Positions 39,780 to 52,425 of a stretch of 64,000 nucleotides of DNA are shown piece after piece. Position numbers and translations under genes: made by a program. The notes under the pieces were generated by a model. It made no database searches, was not told the DNA's origin, and worked only from the letters and a program-made list of their open reading frames with translations. Where the stretch lies: the NCBI RefSeq assembly GCF_964355755.1, contig NC_092671.1:21018001-21082000 (forward strand). The letters are read 5' to 3'. The DNA comes from Antedon mediterranea. Its lineage: Eukaryota > Animalia > Echinodermata. Each line of letters starts with the position of its first letter. Within the stretch, counting starts at the first letter, position 1.

Positions 39780-39931
39780 GGAGCAAAGCAGCGTCTAGAA
39801 AGGGTAAAAAATGTTGGAGTGTCCCAAGTACATGTTCGAAAAATAAGACGCCATGAGCCAGAATTTATGCCATCTGAATTTGCTTGGAAAGCACAACAAA
39901 TCTATATAAAGGCAAATAAAACACTTCAAGA
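39780..39931 (+). CDS. MRPL45: MRPL45 coding exon C
   Basis: tttttag|GGA...CAAGA|gtaag, 152 nt (phase 0 to 2). Encodes GAKQRLERVKNVGVSQVHVRKIRRHEPEFMPSEFAWKAQQIYIKANKTLQ, the start of the Tim44-like domain. Confidence 0.92.
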
Positions 39932-42891
39932 GTAAGATTTTTTGTACTTTATTTTTGTATGTCTATTAATATAACACACACAGTCTGTACAAATGACACT
40001 AACCATGTGTGTTGGCCATAGTCCGGTGGCAGGATGGGGGAATCACCCGAAAGGGGACAAATTGCCATCTAACTTTTCTAGACCAAAATTTTCCGTAGAT
40101 TACAAATATGGAAGGTAATCGATCAGGAAAGGAAGCGTTTTAGAGATATAATGGGTCAAAGTTCAAAATTGACCAATTACAGTACAACAATGTATATGTA
40201 TAACAAATTTATTGAAGAACAATTTTGTCTTTTATTACATTTTTATGATTATAGGTGTCTATTCAATCACCTTATGAAAAAAAAAATGTTGTGATTAAGG
40301 GTCAAATGTCAATATTGACCAATCATAGAACGTACCTATAAAACCAAATAAAAACTAATAATATTTAACAAAAAAATGGATGTTTTCTCATCCTGTTAAT
40401 CATACCCAATGTAAAAGAGCGAATACATCATTTCATCGATTGACATAAGGTCAATTTCGTCAGTTGACATAAGGTCAAAGGTCAACATTTTAATAAAGTT
40501 GTCCAAACTATGATATTGATAGTTTTACAAGTAATTATTTGATCAGTAAAGTTATGTTATTTCGTTATAGTTTTGATCAATATAATTATAATTCTGTAAT
40601 TAATCAAATCAGACATAAAATGTTATATTGACCTTGAATAAAATAAATAGTTAAAGCACAACTTATAAAACTTTTAAAAATTAATTTTGCAGAATTTGCT
40701 CAGAACATGGTTGTAGGTCTGCAATATTCATCTGATTTAAATAAACTATCTGATTTGATCTGCTTCTTTACGTTGGCAATATACAGTATAATTTTGGTTT
40801 TTATTTGTCTAGGTTACTCGGATAACTGAGAATACTTTGTACTAGCCAGTCTGTGCACCTTAACTGGTAAACAAAATACAATTATGTGGTTTTTGTCTAG
40901 ATTTGGTAGCTTTGTAAAGTTTACGGATTAGTTTCCATTGGTTTTCACAGGCGCCTTGAGCACTCTGGTGGATAAACGTACCTACAAATCTTACTATAAT
41001 TGGTTATCACTTTTTTTATCTCCATTGCAATCAGAACTAGCCGGTGCTCCAGAAAGATATATTCTTCCATTGCTATCAATAAAATGATTCTAAAAGAGAT
41101 GATTATCTCTAACTTTTGTTGTAGAGCGCACATGTTTTACAACTTCCAGACACTATTCTGTGAAGATTTTGGTCATTTGGTTTGTTCTGCAATAAAGTAA
41201 TGATTATCTCTATACGTGACCACAGGATTGATTTCTAATTTCTTTTTTGAAAAAAGGAAGAAACATAATCATTTACAGTGAACACAATCATTCCAAGCAT
41301 TGCTTTTTTATATTAGTTGACATTGACTTGGTTCTATTAGTCTCCGACCCTTGCCATTGCCAATAGTGATCTTCCGATTCATTTTATCCTAATAGTCTAC
41401 TGTTTTCCAATGTAATGTTTTATTATGAATAAGCCTAAATTGAAATGAAAATATTTTACGTTCGTTAGATAGACGCATAAAGAAGAGAATCAGATGAGTT
41501 TATTCTCTCCTGATGTCATACTGCTAACTTTTTAACAGTATATATGCAAACTTGGACCTTATTACAAAATTGGACCTTATTACAAAATTAGTACTACACT
41601 ATGCACAGGAAAGATATCTGTGGCTAGCAACCATATCGAGACTCATATAAAAGTTGTGGTCTGTATGTGTAGTGAGTTGTGGATTCCAGTTTTTATTAGC
41701 CAATAAAAGTTGGTTTATTATACTTTGCATGGGCAAGTATAATAAAAGCGCACTGATAAAAGTTATTAAAGTAAAAACAAATTGTATCAAAAATAAAATT
41801 TGGAACTACTGTATTTACGGTGGCCATTGATTTTGTTATACACTATCCCTTCACTTAGAAATATATGTAGACTAAAAAAGGAAAGCAATACTGGATATGG
41901 AACTTTATACTTTACTTTTGACTGTTGAGACTTTGCTAAAATAAAAGACGCTAAAGAAAACTTGTGCTGTGTGAATTAGATGATGCGCACAAACACTAAC
42001 CAAATTATAAAATGCCAAACTATATTATTTTGGTTTTTTTTAGTGGTGTATTAATTATTTGATACATACAGATAAATAAAAAAGTTTAACATAAATCGAT
42101 TAAAAAAATACATTGCTGAGGAAACATGAATTGTTAAGTTGTTTTCATGTTCAACAATATATTAAACCATTTGGAATTGTTTTGTTTGTATGTGTTCATT
42201 TTTCTTCATTTACATTTTATTTTTTTTTCAACGGTTTTGATATATTACAATTTTTTGTGTTGGAGATTCGTTAGCTATTTGCTACTTCTGTAATTAAATT
42301 ATAATTATATAAATCTATAGCAGTAACCCGTGCTCTGCACGGTCTTGTCTACCTTAAAAATAATTTGCATTGGATGATTAAGTATAAAAACGCAGTACTG
42401 GATATGGGTTATGAAAGTAACAGCGTGCATGAGAGGTGCACGTTGAAGTATGTCAATCAGTCGGCAGATTAAAACATTTTAATGATCAAATAAGTTATAG
42501 AATAAAACAAGCACGAATGTGCGATACTCGGGGTACAGCAAAAGAAGCTGTAATGACGTTATAAGACGGTAAGTAACGTCACATACACATCAATAACCTT
42601 GCTACCAAATACGGCTAGATTCTGAAAAGTTATGTCACATAACCGGAAATGGCATAATTACAGTAAATTATGATATCTCAAAGTGATTTTCTTTTCAAAG
42701 ATACTAAACACGTTATTACAAAAATCTCCAAGTAATTTCCTTTAAAAAAAAAAGAAAAAAAGAAATTTCCTTTTTAAATGATACGAAACACGGCTTATTT
42801 TCCAGGGTTGGATGAGGATTTTGTAGGGTACGGGGTTCATTATTTTTATTTTGTAAACCTAGTCATATATCTGGGGTTACCCTACATTTGT

Positions 42892-43460
42892 TTATTCAAG
42901 GAAGCTAAAACAAGTTGCATCATGATCAGAATAGTATACTGGATGGAGGAAATGACCAATGTTAGTTTCCATGTTGTGGTACACGTGATCCAGTATTCTA
43001 CCTTCTATGTGCGTTGATTCGTTGATTATTTGCGTGAAGCCAAGATTTGTCAAACTTTCAAATAATTTGTTTCCTGTAGGATCGGTGTTTATATCGCCGC
43101 AGATCACAGTTTTCTTGTTGTTTGATATACAACGTAAAAGTGCCTCTGTAAATTCTGTGATCGGACTATTTTGGAGACCTATAAACACAGATGAGTTCAA
43201 AATTTGACAAGCCGATTTTAAGTATTTATGGTTCTTCTTAGCCTCTGAATGAAGAGGTGATACAGTGTAGTTTGACTTCACGTATATTGCTACTCCTTTA
43301 CCACGACCTTCACTGCATGTGAACAGTTTGTATCTTGGACATTCTTCAATAACCATGTTTCTGTTAGGCAGATGCAGTCTGCATTCATAAGTTTGAAATC
43401 AGAACTAATATCAGCTAGATGTTTACGCAATGATCGAATATTCAGCTGCACTAGTTTAGT
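42892..43460 (-). pseudogene. Helentron AP-like (EEP) endonuclease domain
   Basis: VQLNIRSLRKH...ADCICLTET, GRGKGVAIYVK, ICGDIN, STHIEGRILDHVY, YYSDHD. Confidence 0.88.
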
Positions 43461-43599
43461 TTTGGTTGATTTGACGTCAGTTCATTCTTGGTATCGAGTG
43501 TTGATAGCTGAATTTTTTATCAACTGGGCTGTTAGCAGTGCACCTGGATTCACGTTTATCATTTTCTCAACATCAAAACATGTTAGGAACAACTGATCT

Positions 43600-45731
43600 T
43601 GTGTCTGAATACAACCGAAGAGCACATAAGCTTGTGATGGGTGAAAAATCTTCTCCATGTGACCGACTATTATAGTCTGTCCTTAAAATTTATGCACGGT
43701 ACAGCACCAAGCAAGTGGGATCTGAATGAGTTTCACGCTAGTAGTGTTTTCTTTCTCTTTGCTTCCGATTGAGTACTCATATGATATTGGTTTGATTACG
43801 GTCAATCCATCAGTTCTTTTAGTAGATTTTCTCAACATATCACCAACTTCCTCATCATCAAACTTAATCATTACTTCAGTAACAACTGCCTGGTTATTAC
43901 TGTCTGGTTTAGTGTTCACAATACTGACACCCATTGCACCATTCACTAAACGATCCTGTATTTGGATGTTATATGTGAGCATTATGCGTGCGCCTTCCTT
44001 CAGTTTGAGTGTACTTTGAAATTGTGTATTATTCACGCAACCATCTCTAATGATCTTAGGCTTGTAGGTTTTCTGTGTAGGGTGTACATTTACCGCATGT
44101 ATCGTATATATTCAGTACCTTCTAGATCGCTCAGTCTCTCATCATTGAAATGGTTGACTTCTGCGTTAGTTCCAAACAAATGTATCCCATCTATAGGGAT
44201 ATCTTTAGTAACTCTCTTTTTCAGAAGATCGATATCAAGCTGTTCTTTCAGGCCATATCGGATACGTCCTAGAACTTCTGCGTATTCGCGATGTTCGCCT
44301 TGACGATGGTTATAACGTAACTCTATCATAGTAAAGAGATCCCATAAGGAACGGAGTGTGTAAGAAAGAGCAAAATTCTCGTTTGATGGCTCATCGAAAA
44401 TATATCTTGCTGATACGGGTCGGAGCTGAAGTAGATCACCGAACAGGACAATAGAAATTCCAGCAAAGTCTCGCTGATTTCCCAATATCTCTTGAAGTCG
44501 TAGATTCAACTGATACAACTGGTCTGCTTTTACCATTGACATTTCATCTATCACGACTAACTTCAATCCTTGTAACAACGATCTCATTGCATCTCGCTTT
44601 TTATCACTCAAACTGATAAATTTGTTTCCAAAGGGCAGATTGAACACTGTATGCATAGTCGGACCTTTGATGTTTACTGGCTGCAGTTCCTGTTGGAGCA
44701 GCAAGGATCACAAGTGGTTGATTGGGATTTCTGTCATCGTCTGTTCTCAGTGTGGCTTCTGCCCACTGTGCTATTACACGTATCAACTCTGATTTTCCCA
44801 AACCTGCACCTCCATGAACTACCAAAAGTGGTGGATCTTTTACCCTGGTTCCGAGTTTAGTAGATTTTCGTATATCTCTCAAGTATTTCAGTACCCAATT
44901 GAAAGCTTGTCGTTGATCCTCATCAAGTTTTGTCACCGACACATTTGTTCTTTATCAGATATGTCAATTCGCCTGAATATCAATCCAAGATCACTGGTTA
45001 CTTCGTCATTTGTATCGACGATACCCTCTGGTTCAGTTGCTAGGTTCTGAACGTTAACATTTGTACCAATCTCACGCTGTTCATCATTCTCCTGTTCCAG
45101 TGATGGATCCAGCATATCACCAATATGGTTAGCACGATGACCATTATCCTGCGATTCGATGAAGTTTCGACCCGCTTCTACATTGTTACGATGAGGGAAT
45201 AGCATATTTTTTACTATGTTGATCTCGTTTAGTTTGCTCTCATACAAGTCTAAGCACTTTTGGAAGTCATCGCTTATGCAATCACTTTCTTTCAGCCACG
45301 GCCAGTAAAGTAAGAGCTCCGAGTAGGCAAACTGATGTGGTTCTTTTATCTGATTGCATTTATGTTGACGTAATATAGCTGGTCGTTGACGTAGTTTCAT
45401 ATACAATGTATCAGTGAGTTTGATCAATGCTGGTAGGAATTCGGTGGGTTTCACATCCGCAGTAACAATAGGTTTATCACTCACACCATGTACTCGGTCT
45501 GTAAAGACTTTTCCTTTCGTTTGACTGAATGGACAAGTATACATGGTGCTGAACTGAGCAAGGGTCATAATACGTATGGGACCAGGTCGTTTCTCGAATT
45601 TCTCATGTATTGAGAGGTTTCGCTGAACGTATTTACCTTTTTTGCCAGGTATAGTAATGAAATTACTATTTGCTCTGTTAGATTTTTTCATTGTACAATT
45701 ATTCTCGTCATCGTCATCGTCAGGCTCAGAC
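43600..45731 (-). pseudogene. Helentron PIF1-family helicase region (frameshifted)
   Basis: HGGAGLGKS (Walker A), AAPTGTAA, VIDEMSMV (Walker B), GDLLQLRPV, NHRQ, LKEGARIMLTYN...LVNGAMG, TVHKF. ELLLYWPW lies upstream. Confidence 0.92.
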
Positions 45732-45820
45732 CAGGGAGTTGTTATTAGATGGAGTAACATCATAGTATGTTCTTTTGATCAGTCTACTTTTCCGACAGGA
45801 AGTAGAATAGATAAGACTTA

Positions 45821-46700
45821 GGGTATGTTCAGACTCACGGAGTTACGGTGGAGTTATCTACGCAAGGCGTACGGTAATCCGTGGCGTTAAAGTCAAGGTG
45901 TTCAGACACAACGATTAGCATTCCAAACGTCTTGCGTTTAAAGCGGAAGTTCCGTCATACCGAAACGGCCGATGGGATACATACACACAATAACAACAAC
46001 AGAGCTGAGAGTGACACGCGCGAAAGTTTACAACACTAGCTAGGCCTAGCAATATAATACAATGTTACCTTCAAATGTAATGGTTTTTTTTGCCGATTTT
46101 TTTGCAAATCCTTACAGAAGATAGTAATTTCGAACATAATTATTACACGGACAATGACTTTGCCATTATTTGTATGATTTTAATTAATTTTGTGAAATCA
46201 TGTCGCCGACGCCAACTTCGTCAGGAAGAATTTTGCAGTTTAGATGCAATTTCTTTAAAAACAGCCATCTTGTTGCCGGCGCTAGCTTTCCAATTCCTAA
46301 TTTCTATCTTGTCTTTAAATTCAGGGCTGCTCCATAATGAAATCAAATCAGCCACTTCTTTACTTTTCCATGTAACACGTTTCATTTTAATTCGAATGTT
46401 GCTGTTGATCTAGGCTAGCTCGAGGAATAGCTATATTGTTTTGCTATTTAAAAAAACCTCGCGAATAGACTGCTGCTAATTGCGGTCGTGTCTTTTCATT
46501 GGCTGACGTTGACCGGAGGTTGAAATCACTGATGCATCAATGGATTAGCCTTATGAAATCTACCCTCTCCCGCTGGAGTTATTAACGCCACTGGCGCGGA
46601 GTAACAGCTCCCTAACGCTAATCCGCGGCATGGTTCAGACACAAAAATATGTACGCCGCGTACATAACTCCACCGTAACTCCGTGAGTCTGAACATACCC
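45821..46700. mobile_element. PIF/Harbinger-type MITE, copy 2
   Basis: Same TIR as 2847-3671, TTA TSD, opposite orientation, ~50 bp longer. Confidence 0.92.
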
Positions 46701-46919
46701 TTAATCCCCGATAAACAGTTCCTCATCAAATAAACAATTTTCCCTGACGTAATCAATGACACGCGCATGCGCAGAAAAGTCAAAGTTGCTTTGCTTCGCT
46801 TGAATAACTCTGGCCTACGTCAGACATCGTCATGGTGTTTCAGAAAGCCAGATGATACAATCGCGACACAATGACAACTTCTAACTATACCGATGTAGAC
46901 TTTTCCGATTTAGATTTCG

Positions 46920-47217
46920 ATGATAATTGATAGCGATTTAGAAGATGTTGATCTAAATGAAAATGTGCCAATGTATTGCCCATGTGGAGAAAGTTCTGAC
47001 GATCAAATGATCGCTTGTGAAGGAAAAGCATGTTCTAATGAATGGTTCCATTTTGAATGTGTGAAGCTCACATCTTCTGAAGTTCCAGCTGGCAAATGGG
47101 TTTGTGAGCAATGCAGTCAACAACACGACGTTAATAATATTGGGCATAGGCCTGGCTCAAGTAGGCCTAGTGTTAAGCGACCTAGGCCTAGTAGTAGTAC
47201 TACTACTCAAGAAACAG
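46920..47217 (+). CDS. PHD-finger exon inside the P-like element (probably a pseudogene)
   Basis: YCPC...MIACEGKACSNEWFHFECV...KWVCEQC is a C4HC3 PHD finger. Donor ACAG|gttagt at 47217 is in phase with acceptor tctag|AC at 47555. Confidence 0.8.
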
Positions 47218-47554
47218 GTTAGTAACTGGTGTAGCCTATTCAATATTTGATATTACTGCAGCCTACCGTTCCTAGAATCTCTAGCAAAGAAAGGAGGCCT
47301 TTTACGTTGCCTTTTTTTTACAGGTATTTATTCATTGAACTTTAATAATATTTCATCAGGAAGGAAGGGAGGGACGGTCAACTAGGGGCTAGGCCTACCC
47401 CAATAAAAACAACTTTCTGATGATGCAGTATTATTTCCATTTATTAATTATGACCTGGGCTGTCACTACTGACAATTGGGAAGATTTATGTATTTTTCAT
47501 TTGTTAACAAATGCCGGGAGTTGTTAATTGTTAATTGTTTTTTATCAATTCTAG

Positions 47555-47679
47555 ACAAAGATGTTCCTGCACAGACCAGGGAACTCCCTGCACAGACAAA
47601 GAAGAAAGGGGCTACAGTGCCGAAGAAAAAATCAAGTACTGTACAGTACTGTATATCTAAATGTAACCAAGGCTTTTAA
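47555..47679 (+). pseudogene. Putative second exon of the PHD gene, truncated
   Basis: (D)KDVPAQTRELPAQTKKK...VQYCISKCNQG may be the start of a second PHD finger. Confidence 0.45.
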
Positions 47680-47755
47680 TGAATGATATGCTGTAAATAA
47701 AAATAATCGATATACTGAGTCATTTTTTAATTCTCTGTATTAAATACATGTACAA

Positions 47756-48135
47756 TCATGTACAAATAACAATGTTTTTAAACATGTGTTTGTCTTCTCC
47801 TTTCCAAAGAATGTATCCCATTTGAGATGCAACTACTGCTGCCTCACAGAAAAAAGATTCTTCTGTCTGTTTTTCACTGGAATAAAAATCAGCAAGGTTT
47901 ATTCCAATTTTTACATTCTTCTTTTTAGAGCGCATATTCTTCTTCCATGTGTCAAGTTTTACTCTACAGTTGTGTATGGTGGGGGAATATCCGTGTTCAC
48001 ATCTACTTGTAGTGCACGCTGGATTAAATCTGAAAAATCAGATTTCAAAATTGGACGTCTTGAGTCAGACGCAGCAGTCTCTCGCCCACATAAACGACAA
48101 ATAGCCTGTATTTCCAGTATATACAGTACAAATTC
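47756..48135 (-). pseudogene. Exon remnant encoding a RAG1-N-terminal/Chapaev-like zinc module
   Basis: Acceptor ...ttattcattatag|GAA. Encodes ICRLCG...FSDLIQRALQVDVNTDIP, then after a frameshift TIHNCRVKLDTW. Confidence 0.55.
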
Positions 48136-49087
48136 CTATAATGAATAACAGGAAGACAACAAAATAAATTACAGTCAGTACATTCATACATAGTCATATA
48201 GTTGTATTAATATTAATTATTATTTATAGTGGACATCCTATAATTATAGGCCTATTCTATAGGCTATGCTTAGTTATATAGGTAATTCCCCGCCTAGCCT
48301 ACGTGCAGGGGCCTAGGCCTATTTATGGGAGAGGGCTAGGCCAGGGAGTTGTTATTAGACCATCTCCCTGGCTAGGCCTAGGCCCTGGTGGTGTACCTGG
48401 TGCATCACCAGAATCGGCGATTCCAGCCGCCAACAAACATACGATCGGAGGGTGTTAATTACCCAGATTACACGCTGGCGAATATCACTACTGACAACAT
48501 GCCCACACCTATAAAAACATGTTGTATTTTAACCAAAATTACGATTATGTAAGAAACTGTAAGAAAATAAGATATCAAGAGAATGATAGAAGACATACTC
48601 TTTTAAATATTAGCGCTGGTGTTAAAATGGAGAAACGTGCGGAAAATATCAAATATTAACTTTAAAACTTACCAAAAGTCTCTGAAAATCACGAAAGAAG
48701 GTCTACAAACAAACAGATGAACGTACATTTTAAATTATCGTAACATTTTAACGAAAGGTCGGAATTTAAAGCGGTTTTTTGTAAAATATATATTGCAGAA
48801 TTCTCTAATGACGTAAACAAATTGTAAAGCTATAGACGAAAAAGGAATTATCTGCGCATGCCTACAATGTTTGTTTGTCAGGAATGCATCGAAAGTCTTT
48901 ACTCAAAATGGATGAATCCCGGCGATAGAGGGCCTGGCATCGTCGGCAAAGTAGACTCCAAACAAAAGGCAGGAAATTAGTGCCAGTTGACTGCATAATC
49001 CTTTGAGGTTCCTGTATACCGCTCGTCGCTTATTGGCTGTAGATCAGTTGATAAATTTGTTGTTACTCCATCTAATAACAATCCCTG

Positions 49088-50460
49088 CTCAGACATTGCG
49101 GGATCTGCATCATCACTGTCATCACCATCATCTATTTGCATGAGGAATTTCCTGGCAGCATCTATGTGATATTTCATCGTTCCGGTATCATCCTTCATGT
49201 AATAGTGGGTAATATAAGTGATCACTGCATAATAGTCCAAACAGACCTGTAGATCCATATTACCATCCCACGCTCGTATCCATTCTTTATTATAATTGTT
49301 GACCATTATTTCATTCACCGCTCGTTTCAGTACAATTACTGTGCCTTTCTCGCTAACTTCGAGCGCTCTGTAATAGTCTTCGTGTGAAACATCCGCTAAT
49401 CGCAGTAGTTGATCTATTGATGTTTCGCCTAATTTATTCTTTTTCTGCAGATCTACTGTAGCAAGGTTTTCCTCACTGCTTCCAGTGTAGTATGTTGATT
49501 GCCCAGTATCTGTTTGTATTCATCGTCAGTCAGTTGTGATTTGTTCATGGGCTGTGCGATGATCGTTCTTTCACTAGGCCTACTTTCACTAGGAGAACGT
49601 GGGAATCCGAATCTGCAATCTGTTCCGTACTTGCTACAGGATATAGTGTGGCTGTGAGTTTGCAGTTGTTTGGCAATATAATATAGATCGTTTTCCGGTT
49701 TTGTATCACAGGTGATGCTTGTTCTGCCGCAGGGAATCAATAGATGATGTAATTCCTGGAAAATCTTCTTCTAGTTTCTCAAAAGTTGGCCAACAGAATA
49801 TGTCCAGCACCCCGTTTTTTAAACTCTACCCTGTAGTTATAGGATTCAATATGCATAGACTGTTTGTACCCATCATCATGTTTTTGATGAATGCCTTCAC
49901 TCTTTGGTTGAAATTACGTGCCCCTATATCCGTGTTTTCTTGAAGTAACTTGCGCAAGTTGTCTATTTTTATTCTTCTCTCTTCCGTATACTTTAGTGGT
50001 TCACCATCAACATATATCGTTTCGATCCCATCTTCCATTTGGTAACTGATGTCATGGTTCCGTGAAAGGATAGACGTGATGTTTTCTGGCCATCGTGTAT
50101 CAGCACAGGACAGTGTGAAAAAGAAAAGAAGATTCTCTAGTCTTGCGAACATTATATTTCGCTGTTTTTTCCAATATCGAGATGAACCGGGAATTTGATC
50201 AAGAACAGAAAACGCGTCCTCCACATTTTGCAATTCCCGCGATGAATTGACATTTCCCTTCAAGTAACTGACACTGATTTGACTTTCAATAGGGTGTCGT
50301 TCAAGATAATATAAGGAAGCGAAAGTGAATGCATCACTAGAAATGAATCGTCTGTCTACATTATAAAGTCTTTGACAGAAAAACTTCCAAGGAGCCAATT
50401 TGATAGCACGCAAGTAATGTAAACCATACCGACCAGTGGAATTCTTCCCAGAGAGATAAG
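49088..50460 (-). pseudogene. Helentron Rep (HUH replication initiator) region
   Basis: IPGSSRYW, FFTLSCADTRWPE, ARNFNQRV, QTHSHTISC...CRFGFP, VNNYNKEWIRAWDGNMDLQ...YITHYYMK. Confidence 0.9.
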
Positions 50461-52425
50461 TTCTAAGGCGCAATGCCAGAACCGCTAGCACTTGTAAATT
50501 TTTTGAAATAAATATGATTTCAGATGCCTTTTAAATAAGTCTGTAGATATTGATTTCCTAATGTTAATCGGAAGAGTGTTCCATATAGATGGAGCGCAGA
50601 CACTAAACGCACGATCACCGTACGTTTTTAGGCGTGATCTAGGTACGTGTAATCTTATGTTATCATGATCGTAGTGAACGATTGCTGTGTTGGTAGCTTA
50701 GCAATTTGCTCAGATACTCCGGTGCCAGGCCATTAAGGCATTTATATGTCAGTAGCAGAATTTTGTATTCTATGCGTTTCTTTATTGGTAACCAGTGCAG
50801 TTTGATAAAAAGCGGAGTAACATGGTCATACTTCCTGCGCATATATATGATACGTGATGCTGAGTTTTGAACAAGTTGTAATTTTCGGATCGTAGTCTCA
50901 GGTAGGCCATAAAGAAGCCCATTACAGTAATCTAGCCTTGATAACACCAATGATATTACTGCCTGATTCGTCGCTTCGACAGTAAGAAACGGTCTGATTT
51001 TCGCTATATTACGTAGATGGATACATTGAAATTTTTACGATATTGGACACTTGAGGTTTCATCGATATATTACAATAAAAAATAATCCCAAGATTTTTAA
51101 TCGGGAGGTTTGTAATCACTATATCACTATCTCCAATACGAATGGATTGAATATTGATTTTGGATAAAGAGATATCGGATCCGATGATTAAAATTTTGGT
51201 CTTGTCAGAATTAAGTTTTAACTTATTTTGAGACATCCAAATAGATAAGTCACTCAGACATGCCTCAACTTTACGTATAGCTTGAACGATGGAATCTTTC
51301 GGAGAGACAGTCAAATATAGCTGCGTATCATCCGCAAATCCATGCTGGACGATTTCGTGATTTCTTATTATTGTCGCTAGCGGTAAGATATAGATGAGAA
51401 AGAGTATCGGTCCGAGAACGGAACCTTGTGGCACGCAATATGACAGATAGTAAATGATCGATTTAACGTCATTGATTTTAATACGTTGCGAAAGTCTGGT
51501 TAGGTATGATTTGAACCACTTAAGCACTGTCCCTTCAATACCTAGGATAGTTTTCTTTCTTTCAAATAAAACGCTGTGGTCAATGAGATTAAACGCAGCA
51601 CTCAGGTCTAATAGAATAAGGATTACTACGCCTTTTTTATCAACAGCCGATACTATATCATTGTGTATTCTAAGTAAGGCAGTTTCGGTTGAATGAAATG
51701 CTTTATAAGCTGATTGAGTTTTTTCGTGCAAGTTAAATTCACTCATATAGTCATTCAATTGTTGGGCGACAGTCTTTTCTAAAATTTTAGATAAAAATGA
51801 TAGATTGCTCACCGGTCTATAGTTTTTTAAAATGTTACGATCAAGAGAAGGTTTTTTCAATAAGGGTGAAACAATAGCCGATTTCATGGTTTCTGGAAAA
51901 ATTCCGGAATCAAGCGACTGGTTTATTAGCCTAGTGATGAACAGTAATGTAGAATCAAGAGTTTTCTTTGCAAGCCATGTAGGGAGCGGATCTAAATCGC
52001 AATGTTTTGATGCTGAGGTTGCAATTACTTTGCGGACATCCTCACTGCAGATAGGTCGAAAAAAAGTAAAGCTATTCGAAGGTTTAGGCATATCAACAAA
52101 AATCATAGGATCAGCGACTGGGAGGGAACGGCGTATAGATTCAGTCTTTTGATGGAAGAATGACGCAAAGTCATTTGCAAGATCGCTGTCAGATTTTGTA
52201 CTGGGTAAAATAGCGCATTTATTTCGGTGTAGTAATTCGTCAATAACGCTTTGAATGGTTTTAGAGTTTTTTTCACATTCAACGATTTTATCATTATAGT
52301 AGTCCTTCTTTGCTTCTTTGAGCAATTCATTGTAAATATTACGGGCGCGTTGATAGCACTTCCGCCATTTTCGCTCAGATTTCTGACGGACTGCTTTCGC
52401 TTCACGTAGTTTAGTCCCGTACCAA
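50460..52425 (-). mobile_element. L2-clade LINE RT fragment inserted in the Helentron
   Basis: KKPSLDRNILKNYRPVSNLSFLSKILEK, QSAYKAFHSTETALL, LLDLSAAF, VPQGSVLGP, FADDTQLY, SRLDYCN, LHWLP. Confidence 0.92.

Larger units (their letters stand above)
45732..49087. mobile_element. P-element-like (or hATw-like) DNA transposon, internally deleted, with two convergent gene remnants
   Basis: TIR CAGGGA(G)TTGTTATTAGATGGAGTAACA at both ends, with 7-bp TSD CTCAGAC (45725-31, 49088-94). Removing it restores the Helentron frame DADPAMSE|PDDDDDENN. Confidence 0.88.

Noticed and set aside
46920-47222. Host ING-family gene
   Set aside because: Only the PHD finger matches, there is no ING N-terminal domain, and it lies within TIR/TSD-bounded DNA.
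45732-49087. Calling the element a ProtoRAG/Transib RAG transposon
   Set aside because: The ends are CAGGGA rather than a CAC heptamer, the TSD is 7 bp rather than 5 bp, no RAG1 core or Kelch repeats are visible, and the PHD finger is canonical and near the N-terminus.
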